Program-made: the position numbers and the translations under genes
Part shown: piece by piece, positions 37,425 through 48,400 of the stretch
How the letters are laid out: each line of letters begins with the position of its first letter
Numbering within the stretch: position 1 is the stretch's first letter
The notes under the pieces: model-generated
What the model was told of the DNA's origin: nothing
What the model saw: only the letters and a program-made list of their open reading frames with translations
The model's database searches: none
Assembly (NCBI GenBank): GCA_001600815.1
Contig: BCKZ01000001.1
Coordinates: forward strand, 1,707,389-1,771,388
Reading direction: 5' to 3'
Length of the DNA: 64,000 nt
Origin: Alloascoidea hylecoeti
Taxonomy: Eukaryota

Positions 37425-37621
37425 CAGTTTTTCCATTCTGAACTCGCTGCATTGGAGAGACATTTTCGTTACTTACGTGAGGGAATTGTCAGATTATGGC
37501 GAAATAAATTAAAGCCAAATAGCGGTTACGCCGGAAACTATTTATCAGATGTGCCGAAAATCTACACACGTAGATGACGAGAATGTCTCTCCAGTATGGT
37601 AAATTTAGATGGGAAAAACTG
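37425..37621. mobile_element. Tc1/mariner-type MITE (197 bp)
   Basis: Imperfect TIRs of about 55 bp (cagtttttcc..tggagagacattttcgt..tacgtg / cacgta..acgagaatgtctctcca..ggaaaaactg), flanked by TA on both sides. Confidence 0.88.
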
Positions 37622-37638
37622 TAATTATTGTGATAGGC

Positions 37639-37713
37639 CTAGGGCTTCATTATGTTAGGGCTTTTGCAATCGTTAGCTTTCCTTTTAAAAAAAAATTTTC
37701 TTCTGAAAAAATT
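37639..37713 (+). promoter_or_regulatory. snoRNA-gene-type promoter: two Tbf1-like sites and RRPE-like motifs
   Basis: ctagggct (37639) and ttagggct (37655, reverse complement AGCCCTAA) match the aRCCCTaa Tbf1 motif of yeast snoRNA promoters. aaaattttc and tgaaaaaatt are RRPE-like. Confidence 0.6.
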
Positions 37714-37827
37714 ATTCAAATAATAAAAATTTTACCAAATTTGTAAGTTGAAACATTAACCCCATCTTTCATGATATTCCATAGTATCCTAATGAGATGG
37801 AGAAACTTGAAGGTTTATAATTAATGC

Positions 37828-37906
37828 TTATGTGATGATTCTATGTACTGCGTTATCGATCTGATTACAACTGAAGAGATAATACAAGAACCGCTACTCT
37901 GATTAA
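37828..37906 (+). ncRNA. Intronic box C/D snoRNA with two guides (snR68-like and snR50-like)
   Basis: C box GTGATGA 37832-37838, D' CTGA 37861, C'-like TGAAGA 37872, D CTGA 37899. The D' guide CTGCGTTATCG complements 25S CGATAACGCAG. The D guide AGAACCGCTAC complements 25S GTAGCGGTTCT. Confidence 0.88.
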
Positions 37907-38409
37907 AGTCTTATAAACTCGAATAATATCTTCACACATTATTCTAATAATTAAATTTTTAACTAACCGATATATTTATACATTAGTTTATACCTTCATT
38001 TAAGTTGATCTTAAGCAAATATATTTAGATGTTCTAGCTAGGCCTTTGAGGTACAAGTATTATGGGTGCAAATTGAAAATTGGAAACGTGGTCGTACTTC
38101 GGTAGTTCCTTTTTTTGTGCTATCTGCTCATGGTATTTCCCATAATGAATCCACTTCCTATTTACCAACACAAGCTCGATCAGCACAGTTTTAGGATTGG
38201 TCTCGCTCGACATCTGATTCACATAGACTTATGGAGTGGTTTCCCCTCAAGGTCAATCCCTATAATTGATCGCACATGGTTCATTACATAGGTGAAGTTC
38301 CACATGTTTCCGTAAGCGTGGCTTTCAGTGTTCTTTTTTTTTTCTTTTTTTTTTTTCGCTAACATTAAATTTAAACGAAAGCTACCATCGAGAGACACTT
38401 CTAAATGGA

Positions 38410-38544
38410 CATCTTCAAGTCCCAATGAAAGAGCTTTCAGTTCTTGTAAGTTCTTTCCACTAGCTAGTTAGAAACCGCTTGGATTGAAGTTGCGTAGCAC
38501 CATCTGACAAGAAGTGAAAGCTCTTTCATTAGGACTTGAAGATG
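38410..38544. repeat. 41-bp inverted repeat (38/41 matches) with a 53-nt spacer
   Basis: catcttcaagtcccaatgaaagagctttcagttcttgtaag (38410-38450) versus ctgacaagaagtgaaagctctttcattaggacttgaagatg (38504-38544). Confidence 0.92.
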
Positions 38545-40001
38545 AGAAATTCGATGCCAAGCTTGAGATTTACAAGCGTAATAAAGATTAAATTTGGGGA
38601 GGTTATAATAATAAGTCTTATAGTTTTACATTGCTTATAGTTTATTTCGTAATACAAATTCATTCTTTCTTCACAAATGTTAATTTTTATCACAAATCTC
38701 GTGATCTTTCAGTCCACATATATAGCTTAATAAACAGACATTCCAACAGGTTATGAGCGCATCTTCCTCTTCGCTCCAGGACATTATCTTTTTAACACAT
38801 TAACTCAGACGGCTTTCATTGGTCAATCAGATACAATCACGTGGTGATTGCTAACAATTGCAAGGTCAACTTTCCCTGGGCTTTAATACAAAGAAAGAAT
38901 GAAAGAATGAAAAAAAAAACTGAGCTCCAGATCCTTTTGCCAGATGCTTTGTATGAAGTTACTTTCTCAAGTATAACTTGTAAAAATAAAAATAATAAAT
39001 TAAATGTGAATAATTGACCTATATTCACGATTGTGGATGAATCTATGTGTATAGGTATATTTTTACCGTTAATTAACGTTAACGTTAACTGGCCCCGCAG
39101 ACCTTGCAATTAATTAATGGCATTTAACGTTCTGACAGCATGCATAAATGAGCCAACATGTATAATATCTGTCTTGTTTTGGTTAACAATATTTTTGAAA
39201 AAGGCATTTAATGAGCAAAAATGGTTACTTTATAATCTGAATGATGTAATTCAAACAAAGGCAAGGAAGTAATGCTATACTAGCTTTAATTTACCATCTA
39301 AATTTAACTCATAGAATGGTTATAGCGATCGCGATCGCTCTAAAGCTTCTAAATTCATACAATACTAATTGCAATTGGACAATTAGTATGATTCGATGAT
39401 TTATAATTATAACATATGATTAACTTCATGACATCAACCCCCATGGCCAGCAGTATTGATATTAACTATTAACCGTTAATATGTATAACCGTGACCATTT
39501 ACCAAATTTAAGTCAATTTTAACTCAAAGATTTTCTTTTAAAATAATAATGACAAATATCTAAATTAAAATACAACTCTGTATATTATATTTATACAATC
39601 ATGTAGATCAAGAAAGGAATGATCAAAAGAATTGAAAGATATCTACTAACATTATAATTCTATACAATATTAATTGATATAACATATAACTTATACTCAG
39701 TAGAAATAATATATATTTATGGTAATGGAAAAAAAAAGAAAAGGAAAAAAAAGTGTACCAACTAGTACCGAACATTCATGATAATCCTTCATATATAGTA
39801 ATAGTAATGGATATATAAATTCAAAAAGTATAGGAAATTTAGATTCCAGCATAAAAATAAACGACCTATATCCAGTGATATAAAAATGATACTGAGACAT
39901 AATGGTGAATCCATAATTTAAATATATAGTAATTATAAATGATATAAACCCGTAAGCTTGTTATGTTTTTATTGTTTTTTTGTGATAATCGTTCTACTTA
40001 T

Positions 40002-41102
40002 TTAATACTGACTGGCAGTTGGGTCCCGTTGTCTCAAGTCATCAACAACGCTACCAAGTAATCTTTCAAATCCTTGTTTATCTAAAACCACTAATTTCAA
40101 GTCTTGGTCACCTGAAACAGTGACAGTTGCTTGTCTTGGTACTTCATGTAATAAAGCCACTTCACCAAAGTAATCACCCTTTGTTACTTTTTGAACGATT
40201 TGTGAATCCTTTGAAATCTCAGCTTCACCGGATTCAATAATAAAGAATTCAGTACCAATATCACCTTGCTTGACGACAACTTGCCCTTTAGTAAAAGTTT
40301 TAGAAGTTAAAGCATCTGCTAGTTTTAAGATATCATAACTTGATAATGGTTTTAAAATTGGAACATCACGTAAGAAACCTTCATATAGACTTCTTTTTCT
40401 TGCTGTAGCATCTAATAAGATCCTCCTGAAAGTGATTCTATCTAATGCCCAAACGATAACATCTGTTTGTGCTTGAACGGTAGCTGCTCTTGGAGAATTA
40501 TACATCAAAGCTAGTTCACCAAATGAACCACCAGGGCCAGACTCATTAACTTTTTTATCATTGACAATAAAATCAACATGTCCAGACTCAATGCAGTAGA
40601 AAAAGTCACCCTCATCACCTTGAGTAATAATCTTATCATTCGTTTTAAATCTTTTTTCTTCTAGTGCATGAACAATGGACTTCAAGGATTCTGGGTCGAT
40701 GTTAGAGAATAAAAATGACTTTAAAACAGTAGATTCAAGTCTTGACAATTGAGAAGGGGTCAAAGGATGATAAGGTGGTTTCCATTCTTTGGAAGAAATG
40801 GAATTGGGATTCATTGACTCAGCAGAAACAGAATCTCGACGAGGATTAAATCCACCAGCTAGGAATTTTCCTGTTCCAAGACCACGGGAATCGGCAAATG
40901 ATTTCTTGAAAAGACCAAAACCACCACCAAAGGCAGTCTGAGCTCGTCTGGCGGAGTGCAATTCTGGTAAAGAGTCCCTTGACTCATGTGGGGACGGAGG
41001 GATTCCTGATGGGCTCTCTGGGATGGACATTGAAATAAGAGATGGTTTGGTTGTGAGTACAATCGAGTGAGTTGATAAAGGACATAATATACACCCAGAC
41101 AT
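40002..41102 (-). CDS. BCY1: cAMP-dependent protein kinase regulatory subunit (alternative start at ATG 41030)
   Basis: RRDSVSAES inhibitor site and two cNMP-binding domains (FGELALMYNSPRAAT, YFGEVALLHEVPRQAT). Confidence 0.95.
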   Translation of the reverse strand: MSGCILCPLSTHSIVLTTKPSLISMSIPESPSGIPPSPHESRDSLPELHSARRAQTAFGGGFGLFKKSFADSRGLGTGKFLAGGFNPRRDSVSAESMNPNSISSKEWKPPYHPLTPSQLSRLESTVLKSFLFSNIDPESLKSIVHALEEKRFKTNDKIITQGDEGDFFYCIESGHVDFIVNDKKVNESGPGGSFGELALMYNSPRAATVQAQTDVIVWALDRITFRRILLDATARKRSLYEGFLRDVPILKPLSSYDILKLADALTSKTFTKGQVVVKQGDIGTEFFIIESGEAEISKDSQIVQKVTKGDYFGEVALLHEVPRQATVTVSGDQDLKLVVLDKQGFERLLGSVVDDLRQRDPTASQY

Positions 41103-41394
41103 TTGCTGGCGATCAGACCATGACGTAAACCACGGCGTTCCCAGATATACCGTGAGTTCTCTTGGTTCGGAAGTAAACCTTATTTCCGGATCTCACCCGC
41201 TTATAATTATATTTAAAGTCAACTTGTGGGTAAATATAATTCGCTTTTAGCTTCCGTAATTGGTTATTTACGAGAGAAGTAGTAAGTATGAAATATACCC
41301 GATGGGAGTGACTATCAGCACGCTCCAGTATAAAGTGGTATAAATACCTTCTTATCGTAACTGAAAAATGAAAAGTTGCTAGCACTAATACTTG

Positions 41395-42591
41395 ATGAAG
41401 CTCTCTTCAATACTTTTTAGCATATGTGCCACTGGTTCTCTGGCTCATTTTCTTGATTCCGTTGATGAACAATTATCATTAGCTGCTCAGAGTACCAATG
41501 ATACCGAAATTTCAAAAGAAAGACAAGCTGAATTGGATCTGTTATGGGGTAATGATTGGCCTTTCACTGGTATAAACACTTTTGCTCATTTACCACATAC
41601 TAAATGTTTACTCCGACCAAATGAAAAATATGACATTGCTGTTATAGGTGTACCTTTTGATACTGCTGTTTCTTATCGCCCTGGTACAAGATTTGGACCT
41701 AGAGCACTTAGAGCCGCAAGTCAAAGGCAATATGCTCCAAGAGGTTTTAATACGAGAGGTGGAATCAATCCTTACCAAAATTGGGCTAGGATCATTGATT
41801 GTGGTGATATCCCTGTTACCCCAATGGATAATGATTTAGCTTTAAGACAGATGACTCAGGCATATGATGAATTATTAGCACATGATACTGTTTTTAGACC
41901 TAAAGATGAAAAAGAAGCGGAGAGCGAGAAAAATTCGGTTACAGTACCAAGGTTAGTTAGTTTAGGTGGTGATCATTCAATTATTCTACCTGCTTTAAGA
42001 GCATTACATAAAATTTATGGTCCGATCTCCGTTATTCATTTCGATGCCCATTTAGATACTTGGTTACCAAGAAAATATCCAACTGGTTGGGAATCAAAAC
42101 AATCAGATTTTACACATGGTACAATGTTCTGGATGGCTTCAGAAGAAGGTTTATTATCAAATGGTTCTTGTATTCATGCTGGTTTAAGAACAAGATTAAG
42201 TGGTATTGATTGGGAAGATTATGAAGATGATGAAGCGCAAGGGTTTGCTAGAATTCATTCTGATGAAATTTTTTATAAAGGTATCGATCATATCGTTGAA
42301 ACAATTACAGCAAGAGTTGGTACAAAAAATCCAGTTTATATTTCTGTTGATATTGATGTTTTAGACCCTGGGTTTGCTCCTGGTACTGGTACTCCAGAAG
42401 CTGGCGGTTGGCAAACGAGAGAATTAATTTCATTAATCAGAAAATTGGAGCATTTAAATATCGTTGGTGCTGATCTTGTTGAAGTAAGTCCTTCTTTTGA
42501 CCATGCTGAAATTACCGCTCTAGCCGGCTCTCAAGTTGTCTACGAATTGATTACAAGTATGGTTAAAACGGGAAGACCAGCAAAATATTGA
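41395..42591 (+). CDS. Agmatinase/guanidinobutyrase-type ureohydrolase with an N-terminal signal-like peptide
   Basis: [25 protein letters not shown] and DIDVLDP..APGTGTP Mn-binding motifs; hydrophobic N-terminus. Confidence 0.92.
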   Translation: MKLSSILFSICATGSLAHFLDSVDEQLSLAAQSTNDTEISKERQAELDLLWGNDWPFTGINTFAHLPHTKCLLRPNEKYDIAVIGVPFDTAVSYRPGTRFGPRALRAASQRQYAPRGFNTRGGINPYQNWARIIDCGDIPVTPMDNDLALRQMTQAYDELLAHDTVFRPKDEKEAESEKNSVTVPRLVSLGGDHSIILPALRALHKIYGPISVIHFDAHLDTWLPRKYPTGWESKQSDFTHGTMFWMASEEGLLSNGSCIHAGLRTRLSGIDWEDYEDDEAQGFARIHSDEIFYKGIDHIVETITARVGTKNPVYISVDIDVLDPGFAPGTGTPEAGGWQTRELISLIRKLEHLNIVGADLVEVSPSFDHAEITALAGSQVVYELITSMVKTGRPAKY

Positions 42592-43130
42592 ACTATAAGC
42601 TTATGATATATAAATCCCAATAGCATTGCTGTAAATTTCTATGCATTGATATATAAAATTGAAATTTAAATGAATTGAAAACTGAACTTCTCAAAATTTA
42701 GGAGACGCGGTTAGCGTGAAACTACTAACTTATAAGTATTATAAACAGCAACTCACAGCGCGATAGCTCTTTTATAATAGCCGCCCAGCACGCGCTCGTA
42801 TCTGACATTTTATAATTAAGCTTTTAATTTATTTTGATAAATATGATTCTCAATTGCAAGCATTACATAATCATATGATATGACAATCGTTTAATCAACG
42901 AATGTCGATCGTGATCGTGAGAACCAAACTAAATTATAATTGGAATTCAAGAAGAACCAGTAGAGCATTAACTATATATCGATTAGCTAAGTATTAAATG
43001 CCTCTAGAGCTGGATCATTGAACTTATATAATTATAATTAGTTAAAGTTAAATTTCAGATACGGTATGAAATAAACATACGGCACTTCCTCTTCGTATTA
43101 AGTTCATAATATCGGTAGTTAAGTTCAAAA

Positions 43131-43175
43131 GTGGCCGAATATTTCGCTCAAAAGTGGCCGGCATTAAGTAGAAAC
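43131..43175. mobile_element. Decayed right end of the 'CACTTAA-TTCGGCCA' family
   Basis: gtggccgaat..23 bp period..gtggccggcattaagtagaaac. Confidence 0.5.
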
Positions 43176-44560
43176 ACACACTAATCATATGATTATCATC
43201 GGGAAACTAATAATTGTCATTATACTCTTAAGACCATATAACTATCAATAGGATATGCTTATAGTTAGCTACAGCGCTGGTAATGTAACAATCTCTAAAC
43301 TTTTTCGATCCAGTTTAAATGGCAATCTCGTGACAAGTAAGTCCGTTCATGTTTCTTTAATTTCAAGTTCCTTAGATTTTAGAACAAAAAGCGCTAGCCA
43401 TTAAAACAGTGTGACTCTACAAATTTTACAACTTAAGTTTTTCTAGATGGTCACTTTTAAAACATTTTCATAATATGATATAATTGTATCAGCTAGTAGT
43501 TCCTACACCTCTCAATTTATTAAAAACTTTCGTTGTACACATAAATCATCTCCAATCAAAATGTTACCCATGTTCAGATCTTTTTTTTTGTCACAGAATT
43601 ATTAACGTCAGTGGCACAATAATCATAACCAAGCATCATTAGAAGCCGACTTTGCCTGTTGAAAGGATCTAGGGAAGCCACCATTGCAACTATCAAAGTT
43701 TAATAGTGCTTCTTCTGGATTTACTTGTCCGGTCTCTTCGTTTAACTTTCTTAATATCAGTCATGAGTTAAATCTTCGCCGAGATGGTTCCTATAAGCGG
43801 AAATGCCATCAAACTCTAAGCAAGTCTTGATACAAATATTGACATCGGTGATAGCACACAGTAATGCAACAAGGTTAATAAATCCATTTTCTGATTCAAT
43901 GAGTGCAACGTGAGGTATAAGGCTTATGGCTTTTTGGAGATGGGCTGTTCTCCAGTGTTTTGGCAAAATATACTTTAAACCAGCACTAACACCCGAGAAA
44001 GAATCACCAATAGTTACCACATTGATTATTAGCTTGTCTTAGATATTATGGAATTCGAAGGTAGACTTAGTTTTTTAATGATTAGCGCTAAGATCCACCT
44101 TTACCGGTGTGAAAAAGCTTTTTAATTGATCCGGAAGGAGCCAAATTATTTCCGGAATTTGCTTTGTGATCTCATCAGTCGTAAGTTTGATGTCATTGCA
44201 GTTTTGTGAGGATGATTTTCTTTTATAAGATATTAACCGGTAGTAATCGGAATATTAAGTAATTTCAAAAGAAGGGCAAAACGACCTTCAAATAGTCTCA
44301 AACTTTGTCGTACGTTTAATAGTAAGATTCAAGACCAGCGTTGATTTGTTTGCATCTTCTATTACTGTCTCCACAATTATCAGCCCCTCAGAGCAGATAT
44401 CGGAAGGAATGAAAAGTCTCCTAGCCGGAATCATTAAAATTTATTCTGCAAGATAAGATGATTACACTTCTACAGTAATTTCACGCCACATTTTGACTAT
44501 AAAATACGCCACATTTCTACATAATTCGCCACTTCCTTACAAACGGAATTCGAAATTTAA

Positions 44561-44962
44561 ATGTTCATCTACGATATAATCATGAGTTTTTTCCAGACTT
44601 CTTCCTCTCCCACATACACCTACGAGTCCATTAAGGCTCTTTCTGATTCACCGAAAGAAGGGGTGATCATAATTGATGCTAGAGAAAAAGCAGAATTAAA
44701 AGATGGTACGGTCCCAAACTCCTACTCCGTCCCTTACCTCTCCCACAAGGATGCCTATTCGTATACCGACGAGAAGTTCAAGTCTACATTTGGATTTGAT
44801 AAACCTTCTAAGGATACTCTTATTGTTTTTACCTGTCAATCTGGAAGACGTGCTATGATGTCGGACTCTGCTGCTAGAGCTAACGGTTACGAAAAGACTG
44901 CTGTGTATCCTGGCTCCTGGAATGAATGGTCACAAAAGTCTAACACGAGAACAATTCTATAA
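44561..44962 (+). CDS. Single-domain rhodanese/sulfurtransferase (Rdl1/Rdl2-like)
   Basis: IIDARE..E...G.VP, FGFDKP, active-site CQSGRRA and YPGSWNEW. The start may be the second ATG at 44582. Confidence 0.9.
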   Translation: MFIYDIIMSFFQTSSSPTYTYESIKALSDSPKEGVIIIDAREKAELKDGTVPNSYSVPYLSHKDAYSYTDEKFKSTFGFDKPSKDTLIVFTCQSGRRAMMSDSAARANGYEKTAVYPGSWNEWSQKSNTRTIL

Positions 44963-45466
44963 ATATACGGTCTCCTTATATATAATTCTAATTAAGCAAT
45001 TAACTTTTATTTTATAACAAATTCATATAATATAACAAATTAAGCTCCTTAATAAGCTCTAATTAGATAAGTGGTAACTGTATGTTCCATACCCCTATAT
45101 CCTGTGTAAACATGAATAAACCTTTGAGATTTCTCTTGAATTTTTTTTTTCTAGGTTGTAGTTAACAGGCTAACTACTCTATTATGACCAAGAACAATAT
45201 CACAACCCATATATATGGGAGTAAATTTCGGTATGTAGCTTCATATCCATACGCGTAACATATTTGGGCTTGGCTATAATATATGAACCAAAGATAGAGA
45301 GAATATTCAAACAAATTAATGTATTGAATTAAGTAATGCATTTACAATCAGCTAGAGCAAAGACCTTATAATTAAGCCTAATTAATCTTACAATTGGTTA
45401 TAAGCCTATGCATTTATATAAATAATTCTAATGATGCTTTATCCAAAATATAAAACTATATAAGGA

Positions 45467-48400
45467 TTATGTATGTGATAATTTTTGCTGAGTTCGTAAG
45501 CCATTGGTAGTTTGTTCTCGGCTTCGTCGCTTATCTCGTTTGATTGTCCTTTCTAACGTCTTAGATCTATTGAATAACTCAACAATGAACCTCCTGGTTA
45601 TATGTCGATATCTATACTTTTCTAATAGTTTCATGGCTTCCATAAATAATTCAGGAGACTCAAACTTATCTCGATTTTTTGACTCAAGCTTGCTTAATTC
45701 TTTGGCTGCATTAGTTGCCAACATATGATTACTGAGATTGCTTAATTCTATAATGATCTTTTTTTGAATTGGGTCCAGTAATACACTAGATGTATCTGTC
45801 TGCTCAACATTTGTTTCTATTAATTGATCATCAGTTATTTTGATATCATCACTAATTATAGAAAGATCCTCTTTTTTAATATTACTTGTAATTTCCATTC
45901 CTAGTGGGATGCAATATCCCTTAGGATTCCCAATACTGTCAGATACAGAGAGCCAATCAAATTCCTCAAGAATTTCCATTCCTTCAAAGGTGCTAGAAAT
46001 TAACCCCAATGCGAAATAAGCAACTCCTTTCAAACTCCAAACCTCTGAATTTTGGCACATGCCAATAATTTCTTCGATAATACCACTAGCTTCAAGATAT
46101 GAAATACCTAGTTTTGACGATCCAATATGCCCAATAGCCCATAAACATCCCTTAAGTTGAGTAATTATTGTTTGATCTTTTGATTCCATGGAATTTTGTC
46201 TAACAAAACTACACATCTTACCAAAGTTCCCTGATCTTGTAAGTAATTGACAACCTTCTTCCGTTTTAACCAATTCTCCAAAAAAATGATGAGTTACCAA
46301 GAATCCATATTTTTTCTTATCAGGTTCTAATGAATAGTATTCTCTATTAATAGCCATTTCAACTTGATGTGCATATAATGAATTTTTGTAATTAAACCAT
46401 GAATTCATCTCTTCATCAACATAATTGATTTCTTTTAAATATTGAAACCCTTCAGATGTAGATAAAAATCTTAATAATAATGGTGAGCCAATAAATCCTA
46501 ATTGATCCAAAGAAGGATGACTTTTAATAACAATATGCATATTTTCATCATTTCGACAAAATTCATATAAAATTTGAACAGCTAGGTTACAAACATCAAT
46601 ACTTGGATCATATAATTGAGTTACTAATTGTTTAACTGCCCATGTTTTAACATTTTGTTGAGATTCAAGTAATTTTCTTAAATGTTTTGTTGCAAATAAA
46701 CGAGTACTTTCATTTCCAATGGTTAATATTTTTGATAAAATGATTCTTGGATGACTAACAAGAGAATAATCAAATGAAGAAATAAAATACATCTTTAAAT
46801 CATTCCTATCTTCCAATTCAACAATATGATAAATCATATTAAACATCCTCCACCTTTCCATCATTATTATACCATTTTTATGTGCACTTAAGACTCCCAA
46901 AAATGCAAAATATCCATAACTAATAGTAATATCTAATCTTTGTTCAGAAAATAGTGGGTCAGCAGAAGATATACCACTAGTTGGATCCAATTGTGCCAAA
47001 CATTCAGCAATTTGACGTAATAATTTATTCTCTGATAAATATCGAGCTCCTTCATCACAACAAAGTAAAGTTTTAAATAATTCTTTACCTAATCTTATAT
47101 ATAAAAGATTTGATTTTGTTCTTTTAATTGCACTAAATCTATATTTAAAAGGTCTATAAAAAGACATTAATCTTTTCATAAATTTTGTACTTTTAATAAC
47201 TTCTTCTAATCTTTTAGGATTTCTTAAAGGACCTTGTACAAATTCTGTAAGTTCTTTCCAATCCCATTCTTTCGATGATTTTGTTGTTAAAACTAAAGTT
47301 TTACCAAGAGATTGTTTAAAATGTGTATCATCAATTTCATAATTTAATTTAGCTTGTAAATTCTTTGATGCGGTAGCAGCATATTCTTCAGTTTTTGGTT
47401 TTCTTGGCTCAATGATTGAATTTGTTGTTGGATGGGTTGAAGTATTTGGTAATTGTGATGGATCCATAGATATAGACCGTGTAGCACCATGTGAACCTTT
47501 TGGAGCAGTTAGTTTTGCTTTATTTAACATTTTAGTTATTTTTTCAATTCGATAAATAGCAACCATATAATGTGGTTTTTGTTCACCTTCTTCGGGTCCA
47601 ATTAAAGATAATTCAACCAAACTAGGGAATGTGAATTTATTCTTCCATACTTCAAGTGGTAAGACATTTGAAGCAAGATTAGCCATTTCAGATAGTAATA
47701 ACATTGCTTTACTACTATTTAGTGTATCAGAGTTTTCTTCAATGATTGATATTAATAAAGTAGTAATATCACATTTAATAAAAATAAACAATAATAAGGA
47801 CATAAAATGATTTAAAGCTCGATATTCAATACCAGATCCAGAATTTGGTTCTCCACTTTTATCTTCAAATTGTTTTGCATAACTAAGTGACCCTTTACCA
47901 TTTGCTTTTTGTAACCAAGGAAGTTTTCTTATTCTTAAGATATCAGAAACAATATCCATAATAACATCCCTTAAAACGGGTATTGAATAATGAAGACAAT
48001 TAACTAAACATTGTATAGGCCAGAAATTATCAAATGCAAAACTAATTAAACCAGGCCATGTTTTGAGAAAACCAGTTAAAAGAAAAGCACTATTTTGTAA
48101 CCTTTCAATATTTACATGTCCTTTTGTTTGAATATCAGTGAATGTTGTTATTAAGTACCTCATATCATAACCACCTCGAAGATATCTTCTTGCTTCTGGT
48201 TTGTCAAGAACACTTAAGAAACTCATGGTACATATACTAGCTAGATCTCGTGGGCCTTCTGTAGCACATTGAATCATTATTTTAACACCACCTCCTTTAA
48301 AAACAACTTCAGGATTCATAATGAAAATTTCAGCTAAAGTTTCAATACAAATGTATCGTAATTTATCATCAGTTTGATCAGCGATTGCAGCTAAAGATCT

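Larger units (their letters stand above)
37743..38544 (+). ncRNA. Putative spliced non-coding snoRNA host transcript (introns 37743-37986 and 38312-38381; true ends unknown)
   Basis: Intron 1 is GTAAGT..ACTAAC(37962)..TAG(37986). Intron 2 is GTAAGC..polyT..GCTAAC(38358)..AAG(38381). Both downstream exons have stops in all three frames. Confidence 0.6.

Noticed and set aside
38143..38220. Second C/D snoRNA ending at CTGA 38214
   Set aside because: No proper C box, and the candidate guide matches rRNA only imperfectly.
38034..38425. Minus-strand ORFs as a KDZ/MULE transposase fragment (LDGSFRL, HAYG)
   Set aside because: The similarity is only a few residues. The Lys run is the antisense of the intron polypyrimidine tract, and the splice signals and G-U pairs point to a + strand RNA.
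39324..39339. Perfect 16-bp palindrome agcgatcgcgatcgct
   Set aside because: Isolated, and short palindromes are common throughout these intergenic regions. No supporting context.
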